64,000 bases of DNA, taken from the NCBI GenBank assembly GCA_951406725.2, contig OX597829.1, positions 47,678,001 to 47,742,000 on the forward strand, in the 5' to 3' direction. A model generated the notes under the pieces. The model saw only the letters and a program-made list of their open reading frames with translations. It was not told the DNA's origin and did not search any database. This stretch comes from Octopus vulgaris. Taxonomy: Eukaryota. This document shows, in pieces, positions 1 through 12,458 of this stretch. Position 1 is the stretch's first letter, and each line of letters opens with the position of its first letter. Made by a program: the position numbers and the translations under genes.

Positions 1-225
1 TTAGACTGCGGCCATGCTGGGGTATCGTCTTGAAGAATATTAGTCGAATGAATCGACTCTACTATTTTATATCTTTTTAAGCCTGGTACTTATTCTATCG
101 GTGTCTTTTGCCGAAGTTATGGGGATGTAAACACACCAACACTGTTTGTCAAGCGGCAGTGGAGGACAACCATAGACTCAAAGGCACACAAACGCACACA
201 CACATACACACAAAATGCATACATA

Positions 226-256
<31 letters not shown>

Positions 257-491
257 AATTGACGGTGCCCCAGCATGGCCACAGCTCGTGAGCTGAAACT
301 AGATAAATTAAAAATAAAATAATATAAAATATACGGAGGGATTCTTTCAGTTTCCGTCCAACAAACCCATTCACAAGGCTCAACGCGAGGCTAGAGTAGA
401 AGACACTTGTCCAAGGTGTCACGCAGTGGAACTGAATCTGGAACCATGTGGTTGGAAAGCAAACTTCTTGCCACACAGCCACACCTGTGCC
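1..491 (-). mobile_element. SINE family A (tRNA-like head, CORE-like GCACCTTGGGCAAG segment, internal microsatellite, LINE-like tail), diverged copy
   Basis: Reverse complement of the family A sequence seen about 20 times in the window; contains an extra LINE-type tail at ~260-305. Confidence 0.8.
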
Positions 492-959
492 TAATAGTAT
501 TAACGTAATTATTGGAAATTGTCAACAAACTATTAAATAGTTGTTTATTTGTTCTTTTTTTTAAAGAAATTACGAAATAACCTAAGTAGATAATTGTACA
601 AATATTTGTAGTTTTGATAATTTAAGAATAATTAATTATTATAAACGAAATTCTTCATCATCAAGTGTAATTAATTTGAAATTGCATAGAACAGAGGTGA
701 GTAGCATTTATGAAAAATACAATTGTTCCAGCATCACTGAAAGATGAAATCGTAGGCAATCATACTCAGTTCTTCTTGATTTGGGATTGTTTGTTCCTTC
801 TTGAGCCATGTCTGGCTCATAGAGCCGGTTTCCCGGTTTCCTTGGCGTATAGGTTCCCCACCTGGAACCTATACGTCAATTTATATATATAAATTGAAGT
901 GTTGAATCAAGACTGTGGAAATGTTATGGAACGGGGTTGTGGTTAATATTGGCTTTAAA

Positions 960-1341
960 ATGTGGCACAAGGCTAACAATTTTGGGAAAAGTTTAAGTCG
1001 ATTACATCGACCAAGTGTTTAGCTGGTACTTTATCGACCCCGAAAGAATGAAAGGTAATGTCGAACTCGGCGGAATTTGAACTCAGAGCATAAGGACGGA
1101 CGAAATACCTATTTCTTCACCACTCACAAGGGGCTAAACACAGAGAGGACAAACAACGACAGACAAACGGATTAAGTCGATTATATCGACCCCAGTGCGT
1201 AACTGGTACTTATTTAATCGACCCCGAAAGGATGAAAGGCAAAGTCGACCTCAGTGGAATTTGAACTCAGAACGTAACGGCAGACGAAATATGGCTACGC
1301 ATTTCGCCCGGCGTGCTAACGTTTCTGCCAGCTCGCCGTCT
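960..1341 (-). mobile_element. SINE family C (GCCTTTCATCCTTTCGGGGTCGAT central domain), two head-to-tail units
   Basis: ATCGACCCCGAAAG(G/A)ATGAAAGG at ~1033 and ~1217; internal junction GACGAAATACCTATTTC at ~1099. Confidence 0.8.
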
Positions 1342-1489
1342 TAGTTGGGATTAATATTAACTAATGAAAATATATCATGAAAAATTGACTCGCTGTCCCA
1401 AAAACTTTTGTGGTGTTAATTATTTTCCCCGTTAATTAATGAAGTGTTTGCCAAGCCACTTTCCAAACGCTCCTCCCCAGCATCACTCA

Positions 1490-1706
1490 TCACCACAAAC
1501 GTAAACAACTTTCTGCAGTAAATTCAAAAACAAGTGTATTTCACAAATAAAACTTAACCTAATTACCCTGTTATTTTGTTGCTTTTACATCCGTTGCCCC
1601 CTTTTGACCACTCCATTATCGCTCCCATTTTCTTCAGCTTCCCACCCCCTGAATCTTTCCACTGCCCCCCAGATGGAACAGTGCCACATACTTTGAGAAC
1701 CACTGC
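1490..1706. mobile_element. hAT-like MITE, right portion
   Basis: Ends in GAGAACCACTG; homologous to the right part of 29265-29904 but lacks the nested SINE. Confidence 0.55.
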
Positions 1707-1754
1707 TTTAATTTTAAAAAATAATGTTACCTTCGCGATTCAAATCTGTTCATA

Positions 1755-1972
1755 AGGGCCAGTTTCCTGGTTTCCATGGCGTATATTTTCCTCACCTGGA
1801 CGGGACCCTGGTCTGTCACAGGATTACTCAGTTTTGCTAGCTGAGTGGACTGGAGCAAGGTGAAATGAAGTGTTTTGCTCAAGAACACAAAGCGTCGCCC
1901 GATCCAGGAATCGAAACCACAACCCTACCATCACGCGTCCAATATCCCTAACCACTAAGCCACACCCCTCCA
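1755..1972 (-). mobile_element. SINE family B (tRNA-like head, CORE-like segment)
   Basis: CTGAGTGGACTGGAGCAA...GCTCAAGAACACAA...CTAACCACTAAGCCAC matches the other family B copies. Confidence 0.75.
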
Positions 1973-2856
1973 CGACTGCTTTAATGCATTTACATAATCC
2001 AGACTTGATTCTCATAAAATGCTTTTGCCAAAACAAAGTTATACTAGCACTAACAAACTTTCTTAAACTTCTGATGTATTTAAGCTTTAAATTTTAAAGG
2101 TTAAGATCCCATTAAAAGTCATGTTAAATTATCATGGGAGTCAATTAGAACGGTGTGTAAGACACGCTCTCGTATTAGACAAACCACCATCTTCTGGCAG
2201 AAAAAAAGGATATGTATTATCATACACGAATATACTCGGTATCCCAACCGTAATACAGTCGCATTAGCTGTATGTCAATTTTTTGTCACATTTACGAATA
2301 AGAAAGTATGAAAGATACACCGGCTCACATAGTATTTTATTTTAGTTTACTCACAAAATATTTGACGTTTATGAATTCGTTTAATAAGATTCGTAAAATA
2401 AAATCGTGTGTTGAAAAGAGATATGGTTATATTTAGGGATTGTCATTTTTGTTTTTTTATCTTGCCAAATAAACACACGCACTGAATATTCGTTTTTCCC
2501 TCGTTTTTTATCTTTCGTGTCCATTGTCTGGAAATCTTTCTTCCCACATTTGTGACTTCTTCAGCGATCCTTCCATCTTACGTGTCTCCTCCTGGTTTGT
2601 TATATATATATACCAAGTAGATTTCGGTATGTAAAAGCCCCATTCGAGGAAAATTTAAGTAATACTAAGTAATTAAGGGTTTAGCAACGAATTGCCTCAC
2701 CAACACACCGAATTTAGAAATAGCAGTCAAAGAGATATAGCTATTCCTTCTACTAAAAGGGGGATCTCAGTAAAAACACAGCACTTAAAAGGCAAACACA
2801 GACAGGTAAGAAAGAAAGAATGAAATGACGGCAATCCATCATGCAATTTTAAGTTA

Positions 2857-2948
2857 CCTACGGACGTACGTTTCGAGATCAAGTTTTAGGATATCATAAG
2901 AATTAGAAAATTCTACTTTACCCAGACTTCTTCTCTCATCGGCGCAGG
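2857..2948 (-). ncRNA. Type I hammerhead ribozyme motif (CCGAUGA core variant), copy 1
   Basis: Minus strand: CCUGCG-CCGAUGA-GAGA...UCUC-GAAAC-GUAC-GUC-CGUAGG. Confidence 0.7.
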
Positions 2949-3444
2949 ATACTACAATTGTGAATAATTGTATATTAAATTTTGAGATACTAGAATGCGT
3001 CATCTCAACTCAGTGTCAGAGCGAGCCAAAGCATGACCAGTACCACGAAATTCAAAGTTTGAATGAAAGTTTGTGTCACCAGCCCCCTTCCACCCGCGTG
3101 TAGCCAAGACAAAATGCTGTGGTCATTTACTGGGATAAAATATGGTTATCAGTAATAATAAAAGGGTGAAATTAATTAATTAGGGATAATTATCAATTAC
3201 ACCAAGTAGATTTCGGTATGTAAAAGCCCCATTCGAGGAAAATTTAAGTAATACTAAGTAATTAAGGGTTTAGCAACGAATTGCCTCACCAACACACCGA
3301 ATTTAGAAATAGCAGTCAAAGAGATATAGCTATTCCTTCTACTAAAAGGGGATCTCAGTAAAAACACAGCACTTAAAAGGCAAACACAGACAGGTAAGAA
3401 AGAAAGAATGAAATGACGGCAATCCATCATGCAATTTTAAGTTA

Positions 3445-3536
3445 CCTACGGACGTACGTTTCGAGATCAAGTTTTAGGATATCATAAGAATTAGAAAATT
3501 CTACTTTACCCAGACTTCTTCTCTCATCGGCGCAGG
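3445..3536 (-). ncRNA. Type I hammerhead ribozyme motif (CCGAUGA core variant), copy 2
   Basis: Identical to copy 1. Confidence 0.7.
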
Positions 3537-3987
3537 ATACTACAATTGTGAATAATTGTATATTAAATTTTGAGATACTAGAATGCGTCATCTCAACTCA
3601 GTGTCAGAGCGAGCCAAAGCATGACCAGTACCACGAAATTCAAAGTTTGAATGAAAGTTTGTGTCACCAGCCCCCTTTCACCCGCGTGTAGCCAAGACAA
3701 AATGCTGTGGTCATTTACTGGGATAAAATATGGTTATCAGTAATAATAAAAGGGTAATTAATTAATTTCACCCTTTTATTATTACTGATAACCATATTTT
3801 ATCCCAGTAAATGACCACAGCATTTTGTCTTGGCTACACGCGGGTGGAAGGGGCTGGTGACACAAACTTTCATTCAAACTTTGAATTTCGTGGTACTGGT
3901 CATGCTTTGGCTCGCTCTGACACTGAGTTGAGATGACGCATTCTAGTATCTCAAAATTTAATATACAATTATTCACAATTGTAGTAT

Positions 3988-4079
3988 CCTGCGCCGATGA
4001 GAGAAGAAGTCTGGGTAAAGTAGAATTTTCTAATTCTTATGATATCCTAAAACTTGATCTCGAAACGTACGTCCGTAGG
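3988..4079 (+). ncRNA. Type I hammerhead ribozyme motif (CCGAUGA core variant), copy 3
   Basis: Stem I CCUGCG/CGUAGG (6 bp with one GU), core 3994-4000, long stem II, GAAAC 4062-4066, palindromic GUAC loop, GUC site 4071-4073. Confidence 0.7.
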
Positions 4080-4277
4080 TAACTTAAAATTGCATGATGG
4101 ATTGCCGTCATTTCATTCTTTCTTTCTTACCTGTCTGTGTTTGCCTTTTAAGTGCTGTGTTTTTACTGAGATCCCCCTTTTAGTAGAAGGAATAGCTATA
4201 TCTCTTTGACTGCTATTTCTAAATTCGGTGTGTTGGTGAGGCAATTCGTTGCTAAACCCTTAATTACTTAGTATTAT

Positions 4278-4351
<74 letters not shown>

Positions 4352-4353
4352 CT

Positions 4354-4418
<65 letters not shown>

Positions 4419-4472
4419 TGTGTGCGTGTGTGTGTGTGTGCGTGTGAATGTGTGTGTGTATATATATGTATG

Positions 4473-4528
<56 letters not shown>

Positions 4529-4691
4529 TCTTTATCAATTTGTGTTGCAAGATTCCTGACGTGGAATCCTGTGTTGAAACATATTGTTATATTTCGGGAT
4601 GATCTTTTGGGGTTTTTTCTTGCCAAATAAACACACGCAGTATAAATTCGTTCTTCACTTGTTTATCATTGTTCTTATTTTATGTCCATTA

Positions 4692-4732
4692 TCTGGACAT
4701 CTATCGTCACACACCTGTGACCTCTTCAGAGA
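4692..4732 (-). ncRNA. Degenerate hammerhead-like motif
   Basis: CUGAAGA-G-GUCAC-AGGUGU-GUGAC-GAUA-GAU-GUC (GAAA mutated); a more decayed paralog lies at ~2525-2570. Confidence 0.4.
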
Positions 4733-5061
4733 CTCTTCTATTCCACGTGTCTAGTCCTGTTCTATTTAGCCCATTCGAAACGAATAAAGAACAGATATAA
4801 AGTGCATGTGTTTATTTAGTAAGAAAACAAGAGATGACCATCTCGAAATATAGCAATATCACAAAATACTTATTTCGGACTATTAAACAGATTTCTGAAA
4901 AAAGCGAACCTGATACATTTCTTAAAAAATGTGATACCATTCTTTATGAAATTGATATGGTACTCATTCCTTTACAATTGACAGAATCCTGTAAATCCAC
5001 TTTCATTTTTACAGTCAATAATCAAGGAACTACTGCATTTGTAGAAACTCAAATTTATTCG

Positions 5062-5390
5062 TGGCAGTCCGTCGGTTACGACGTCGAGGGTTCCAGTCAT
5101 CCGATCAACGGAACAGTCTGCTCGGGAAATTAACTGAGCACTCCACAGACACGTGTAACCTTAACATAGTTCTCGGGGAGATTCAGCGTAACACACATTG
5201 TGACAAGGCTGGCCCTTTGAAATACAGGTACAACAGAAGCAGGAAGAGAGTTGTGGTAAAGGAGTACAGCAGGGTTGTGCTTTAGGTTTTTTTCGGCCAA
5301 TAAACACTCGCAACGCCCGGTCTGGGAATCGAAACCACGATCCTACGACCGCGAGTCCGTTGCCCTAACCACTGAACTATCGCACCTCCA
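5062..5390 (-). mobile_element. SINE family B, composite or deleted copy
   Basis: Tail TCCGTCGGTTACGACG and head GGTCTGGGAATCGAAACC...CTAACCACTG match copies at 58.2-58.8 kb and 63.6 kb. Confidence 0.7.
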
Positions 5391-5452
5391 CTCGTCACAA
5401 TGCAGATGTCCGACCAAACTAGCCTTTAATCAGAAAGAGAAAACAAACATAC

Positions 5453-5637
5453 GGATGTAGGAGTGGTTATGTGGTAATTAGCTTGCTTACCAACTACATG
5501 GTTCCGGGTTCAGTCCCACTGCGTGGCACCTTGGACAAGTGTCTTCTACTATAGCCTCGGACCGACCAAAGCCTTGTGAGTGGACTTAGTGGGCGGAATG
5601 GATTTAGAAGCCCGCCGTTTATATATGTGTGCGTGTA

Positions 5638-5687
<50 letters not shown>

Positions 5688-5890
5688 TATGTCTGTGTTT
5701 GTCCCTCACCATCGCTTGACAACCGGTGTTGGTATGTTTACATCCCCGTAACTTAGCGGCTCGGTACAAGAGACCGATAGAATAAATACTAGGCTTACAA
5801 AGAATATGTCCTGGGGTCGATTTGTTCGACCAAAGGCGGTGCTCCAAAATGGCCGCAGTCCAATGACTGAAACAAATAGCAGAGTAAAAG
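5453..5890 (+). mobile_element. SINE family A, full length
   Basis: Head GGAGTGGTTATGTGGTAA...GGTTCAGTCCC, internal (TG)n, tail GGCGGTGCTCCA...ATGGCCGCAGTC...GACTGAAAC. Confidence 0.9.
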
Positions 5891-5906
5891 AATATATATA
5901 TATAAC

Positions 5907-5954
<48 letters not shown>

Positions 5955-6081
5955 GGGGAGGTGCCTACCTGTGTTTGTATGCCTCTGTGTGAGTACCTGT
6001 GTGTGTTTGTGTAAATATATTTATATATACTGATTCATGTTACCATGCGTGGGGGAAATTAATGATATAATGATGATAATG

Positions 6082-6121
<40 letters not shown>

Positions 6122-6153
6122 CAACAACAACAACAACAACAACAATAATAATA

Positions 6154-6202
<49 letters not shown>

Positions 6203-6908
6203 GGTGATTATGATGATGTTGATTTCTTTTTATATGTCACAAGAGAAAGCACAACGGCAGAGGAGTGGTCATTAAAAGATTTTATAAAATAAATAAATAA
6301 ATAAATAAAAGTACTTTCACACACACACACACACACATGTAATACCAAAAGCAAACAGACAAACAGATGAAGGTACGAAGGAAGAAAACAAAGAAAACAA
6401 ACACTTGGGTATACTTAGAATTTAATAGGAGAGGTAATTTCTCAGAAATATCAAGAAACTGGAAGAAGATTCTTTTGCAGATTTTATTATTATTATTATT
6501 ATTATTATTTTTTTTTTTAATTTCAGGTTTTGTTTATTATCCTTTTATTTTTGTTAAATCTGGACTATTTTTTTATTTTTTTTATTAATTTACCTTCTTT
6601 TTTTTTTTTCCTTTATTCAATTATTTACTTAATGTTGCGTAGGAATAATACGAAAAAAAAGAAGAAGAAAAAAGCGAGTACTGAAAGGAATTCCACCTAA
6701 AGGTGGTTTGAATAGCGTCCGCAAACGCATACGCACTATGCTTATTTACACACACACATACACACATTCATATATACACACACATATACACACATTCATA
6801 TATATATACATACCTGTGACGGTCTTATGTCCAACCAATTTCACGTCTAACTATTACAAGAGCCTCTCCTACTACTTGAAAAGAAAAAAACCATTCATTC
6901 GTACGACT

Positions 6909-7123
6909 CGCATCCGTACCTTGTACACATTCACATATGCTTAAACCCTCACCGTATACACCCACTTCTAGTACATAAATAACGACACATTAAAGATAAC
7001 AGGAATTTATATAAAACTCAACCGCAATACACATACAGACACGTCACATACGTATAAACATATATATATATATATACACACACACACGCACGCACACACA
7101 CACACACACACACACGCACGCAC

Positions 7124-7157
<34 letters not shown>

Positions 7158-7310
7158 TCAAATTCCGCCGAGGTCGACTTTGCCTTTCATCCTTTCGGGG
7201 TCGATAAATAAAGTACCAGTCTCGCACTGGGGTCGATGTAATCGACTTTATCCCTTTTTTTTGTCCTTGTTTGTCCCCTTTATGTTTAGCCCCTTGTGGG
7301 TAGTAAAGAA

Positions 7311-7369
<59 letters not shown>

Positions 7370-7552
7370 AGTGCGTGTGTATATATATATATATGTTTAT
7401 ACGTATGTGGATTGTGACGTGTCTATATGTGTATTGTGGTTGAGTTTTATATAAATTCCTGTTATCTGTAATGTGTCGTTATTTATGTACTAGAAGTGGG
7501 TGTATACGGTGAGGGTTTAAGCATATGTGAATGTGTACAAGGTACGGATGCG
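6909..7552. repeat. ~155-bp inverted repeat (6909-7060 / 7392-7552) flanking microsatellites and a SINE C fragment (7157-7312)
   Basis: CGCATCCGTACCTTGTACAC... versus ...GTGTACAAGGTACGGATGCG with few mismatches. Confidence 0.85.
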
Positions 7553-8043
7553 TTCATATACTCATAGATCTCGCGATAAACCAACAATATCTCACTTTTC
7601 GCCATCTCGTTTCCTTTCCAGCGCGTTAAATCGCCATCATATTTTCTGTAGACTTTAGCTTAAAGTATCAAACGTACGGTCTCGTAAATCCCAAGATGGT
7701 CATGTGGGCATCTTTTAGTACTTAGTCCGTTTTGTAGTCCTTAGTACTCAGTTGAATTTCGGTCCTCATGCGCGTGACATATCTGCTTTGAGAATGCCAA
7801 GATTCTATTTTGTTTTTTTTTGGACGATATTGTCAGCAACACAGCTCTTTGCAATATGAAGATGTTACTAGCCTCAAGTTCAATGGGTCCTAACCTCTTT
7901 TTCTTTCTTTTTGTTGCGCCCCTTCCTTTTAAGTAGTTGTTATACTGAGTCCCTATTTAAGTGGTAAACGAGGTGTCATGTCTAAACTAACTTAACATGG
8001 ATGATAATTTATAAATTTTACTCTAAAAATGATTTTTTAAATC

Positions 8044-8410
8044 TCTAGTTTCAGTTCAGAGCTGCGGCCATGCTGATGCACCGCCGTTTTGTGCTACACT
8101 GTTATTACTAAGAGCCTCCTCTAATATGTGGCACTTGGTGAAGAATGGAGTTTGATATAGCTACTCTCATTTGCACCTCTTGCCGTGAGGTAGGTTTATC
8201 TGGGACTCTCGACAGGAAGAGGTCCAGCTTTGATTTAAAAACCCCTACATCTACTTTGTGCAAATTCCTCAGACTCTTTGGGAGAATATTAAAAAGCTGT
8301 AGGCCCTTGAAACCCAGGCTGTTGCAGTAACTGGTCCTGAAGTGTGATGGCATTGCTGGGATCTTTTGCACTATGCAATGTCGTCCCGTTCTGGCATTGT
8401 TGTAGCTTTC
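8044..8410 (-). mobile_element. 5'-truncated LINE 3' end (L2/CR1-group ORF2 C-terminus plus 3' UTR)
   Basis: SLGFKGLQLFNILPKSLRNL...FKSKLDLFLSRVPDKP is typical of the post-RT C-terminus of CR1/L2-group LINEs; tail shared with SINE A. Confidence 0.75.
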
Positions 8411-9696
8411 AATGTATAAGCTTTTAACAGTGAAATGATATTAAATTGATAAAGACTAAAGTTGTAATTTTACTTTATACATTGCAAGTTAATTACTTTC
8501 CTGTGCCTAATGAGATCTCATTTTATTTTAATAACCAAATAACCATCACTGGTTTTATCGTGTATGATATAATTACTACTAAAAGTAAAATTTAATGTGC
8601 TAATTATATTATCTCATCAGCCCTCTTACTGCTCCCTAACACCCTTTTCGATATGTCCGGCGGCTGCTTGTGGGCAGTACAGCCCACATTGAGAACTTTT
8701 GCTATAGCTTAACACTTCTCTTTTAACGCAAATTGGCACCGACTGACATCTTGAGTTGAAAACCTATAACTAAGTGGGTAGATTGATTCTAGGAAAGGCG
8801 GGGAGAGAAGAAAGAACGATAAAAGGAGAATGAGAAAGAAGGATCTATTGTAGTAACTGACATTTTTAATTGATTAAAAGCAAAGTTGAGACCTCTGTGA
8901 GATTTGCACTCAGAACGGTAAGATCCGGAACAATATATAGCAGAGCATTCTGGCAATGGCCCTGACAACTCTGCCAATTATGGCCCGGCTGTAAACAGTG
9001 TTGTCTATGCGACTCGCAAGCCTACAGATGCATCGCATTAATGGAGAGAACCACGATATAGCCGACTAACCAGCTAGAAATAGCAACCAAGTCCCTCTCA
9101 AAGTACACTTTATTGTTGTTGCAAGAAAACGAAAGACTCGAGCTGCTGGCTTTTTAATTTCTTATTTTTATTTATTTATTTATTTATTTATTTATTTTTG
9201 GTTTTGTATTGTATCGAAGCCGAATTCAATCGGTAGAATGTTGTCTACGAGAAAACAAACGAATGATTTGGGTGTGAATGTGTCGCACAAGAATAAATAC
9301 TAAACAAAGTTTTCAGCTATACAATGCAACAGGAAAAAGAAAAAAATAATACACGCACGCACAAAAGCAGACGTAATTCCCTCTTTGTATATTTTACTCA
9401 AAGAAGTGTGCAATTTCAAACATTCAAGTTTTCATAAAGATGTTTTCACTTACATAAAAAAAATACAAGTTTCAATAATAACATGCGTCTTATGAATAAA
9501 ACGTATTCAATAGGCAGACGTTCTGCAACTGGATATAAATACTCTATACGCTTTGAACACTTCCTTCATTTCTTTTGACTAACCTTATTAATTATTACCA
9601 ATATATACATACCTATACAAATATATGTACATAGGTGTGAATCTGTGTGTGTATACATTCGCGCACACATATATATATATATAAAATACTTATTTT

Positions 9697-9928
9697 AAGG
9701 CGGTGAGCTGGCAGAAACGTTAGCGCGCCGGGCGAAATGCTTAGCAGTATTTCGTGTGTCGTTACCTTCTGAGTTCAAATTCCGCCGAGGTCGACTTTGC
9801 CTTTCATCCTTTCGGGGTCGATAAATAAAGTACCAGTTTCGCACTGGGATCGATGTAATCGACTTAACCCCTTTGTCTGTCCTTGTTTGTCCCCCTCTGT
9901 GTTTAGCTCCTTGTGGGCAATAAAGAAA
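9697..9928 (+). mobile_element. SINE family C, single full unit
   Basis: GGCGGTGAGCTGGCAGAAACG...GAGTTCAAATTCC...GCCTTTCATCCTTTCGGGGTCGATAAA. Confidence 0.85.
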
Positions 9929-10000
9929 TATATATATATATAAATATAAATACACACACGCACACGCGCACACACATACATCTATATACCTATATATATA

Positions 10001-10564
10001 TTGGGTTGTCCGGAAAGTTTGTGCCGATTTTTAAAGGAAAGAAAAAGGTCAATAAATACTTGCCATTACATTTTTAATCAACCAAATATGAACCATTTTG
10101 TTGCACAATGTGTCTCCATCTTTCCTTTAGCTTGAAAATACCCTCTTCCCAGAATTGAGGTAGTCTCATGGCAAAGAATTCATCAAGGTATTTTTTACAT
10201 CATCCAAGGAATTGAATTTTTTATCATTAAGACTATTCTGCAGAGACCTGAATAAGTGGAAATCCGAAGGAGCAATATCTGGTGAATATGGAGGGTGAGG
10301 TAACTCATCCCAGCCGAACTGCAGCAACTTTTGTCTAGTTCCCAAAGCATCAAGTACCGAAAATGAACTTTCTTATCTTCCATTTCAAAGGGTTACAGAA
10401 TTAACACAGGTTATAGGAAACATAAATTTTTCCACGAAAAGATAGCTTAAACTGTGCTCTAAATGGAGGTGTAGTCAAATCCTATTTTATGGACTCAACC
10501 ATGTTCTAAAATAAATCGAAATGTAAGCTACTATAAATCGGCACGAACTTTCCGGACAACCTAA
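10001..10564 (-). mobile_element. Internally deleted mariner (DD34D) transposon
   Basis: ~30-bp TIRs TTGGGTTGTCCGGAAAGTTTGTGCCGATTT / AAATCGGCACGAACTTTCCGGACAACCTAA, flanked by TA; N-terminus MEDKKVHFRYLMLWE joined to a C-terminal HPPYSPDIAPSDFHLFRSL segment in another frame. Confidence 0.9.
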
Positions 10565-10816
10565 TATATATATAGATATAAATATACGCGGTATATTTAG
10601 TTTCGTGTCATATCTATAGCAATAATATTCCTTGCTTTCTCATAGACATTCCTTCAATTGTATTCGACTTCGAAACAATATAAAGCCCCCAACAGAAACT
10701 GTTCGTGTTGTTCCCTTTTTTAAAATAACATGTGCTTTGAGAGTGATCTGGGTGTTATTTCTAGCTGATCGAACAATTGTGTAGAGGCTCTCTCTACAAG
10801 CGCGATGCATCTCTAT

Positions 10817-10902
<86 letters not shown>

Positions 10903-11011
10903 ACTTTTCTCCCCCTCTCTCTCTCTCTACACACACACATATATATATATATTGGACCGCTGAAATTTACAAGTTTTCTTTTCATTCTTTCACTATTTAT
11001 ATTTTCTTATT

Positions 11012-11050
11012 TCTTTCTGTTGAAGAGCATAGACTCGAAACGTTAAAAAC
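11012..11050 (+). ncRNA. Hammerhead-like motif, CUGUUGA core variant (decayed copy)
   Basis: UCUUU-CUGUUGA-A-GAGC-AUAG-ACUC-GAAAC-GUU; same family as 12421-12458 and ~45515-45545. Confidence 0.35.
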
Positions 11051-11137
11051 TTTTTCATTTTTCCCGAACGTCAAACTATTATACTTGCTTGTTGTTCATA
11101 CATCTGTCATCGTCTTTTGTCTCTCTATAAATTTCAA

Positions 11138-11198
<61 letters not shown>

Positions 11199-11208
11199 CA
11201 CACACACA

Positions 11209-11241
<33 letters not shown>

Positions 11242-11516
11242 GAGTGTAGACTGAAAACTTCATACATACGAGTGAGTGAACAGAAAAGGTGCGCAACATA
11301 TTTTGTTCGTATCTGGATTTACGGGAGAGGGAGTAGTCGATTACATTGGTCCCCGAAAGGATGAAAAGTAGAGTCCACCTCGGCGAAATATGAACTCAGA
11401 ACATAAATTAGTATTTGATAACAGCTTGATTCGGTTCTATGCAACTCAGTTTCGTAGGCTTGTGTAAAGAGCCGATGAAAATTTAAGTTGCATGTGTAGA
11501 TATGTATATATGTACG

Positions 11517-11584
<68 letters not shown>

Positions 11585-11624
11585 GTGTGTGTGTGCATGT
11601 GTATATGTGTGTGTAGATATAGAA

Positions 11625-11660
<36 letters not shown>

Positions 11661-11669
11661 CATACATAC

Positions 11670-11709
<40 letters not shown>

Positions 11710-11808
11710 CGTCAATAATACTTTAATTGTTCCACGTATATATATATTATATATACATCCACATGTATATATATATATATACATACATATATATGTATAT
11801 ATACATCC

Positions 11809-11852
<44 letters not shown>

Positions 11853-11886
11853 GTAGAGATATATAAATACATATATGCATATATAT

Positions 11887-12180
11887 GGCACTCCGTCGGT
11901 TATGGTGATGACTGTTCCAGTTAACCTGATCAACATAACAACCTGCTCGTTGCCTTAACGTAGTTCTAAAGGACATTCTAAAGGACATTCAGCGTGGCAC
12001 AGAATGTGACGAGGCCATCCAGTTTGAATTAATGATACTGCTCATTTTTGCCAGTTGAATGGACTGGTGCAATGTGAAATAAAAAGTCTTGCTCAAGAAC
12101 ACAACGCGTCGCCGGAAATTGAACTCTCCACCTTAAAATCGCGAGCCGAATACCTTAACTACTAAGCCACACACCTTCAC
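11887..12180 (-). mobile_element. SINE family B
   Basis: Tail GGCACTCCGTCGGTTA, head CTTAACTACTAAGCCACACACCTTCAC. Confidence 0.75.
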
Positions 12181-12252
12181 ATATATATATACACATACAT
12201 GCAAATATACATGTAGCATAAGCACACACACACACACACACACACACACATG

Positions 12253-12314
<62 letters not shown>

Positions 12315-12420
12315 CATACATATAACGGGAAGGTTTGCGAAAATAAACAAAAGACGAAGGCAGGTGGAGTACAAACAAACAATGTATTAGTATGGCGCTC
12401 AGGAATAGAAATAAAACAAG

Positions 12421-12458
12421 TCTTTTACGTTTCGAGCCTACGCTCTTCAACAGAAGGA
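12421..12458 (-). ncRNA. Hammerhead-like motif, CUGUUGA core variant
   Basis: UCCUU-CUGUUGA-A-GAGC-GUAG-GCUC-GAAAC-GUA-AAAGA; stem III reduced to the palindrome ACGU. Confidence 0.45.

Larger units (their letters stand above)
2612..4277. repeat. ~589-bp unit: two direct tandem copies (2612-3200, 3201-3755) plus one inverted copy (~3756-4277); Penelope pseudo-LTR/retrozyme-like
   Basis: Near-identical copies readable directly; (TA)n on both flanks; each copy carries a hammerhead motif. Confidence 0.9.
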
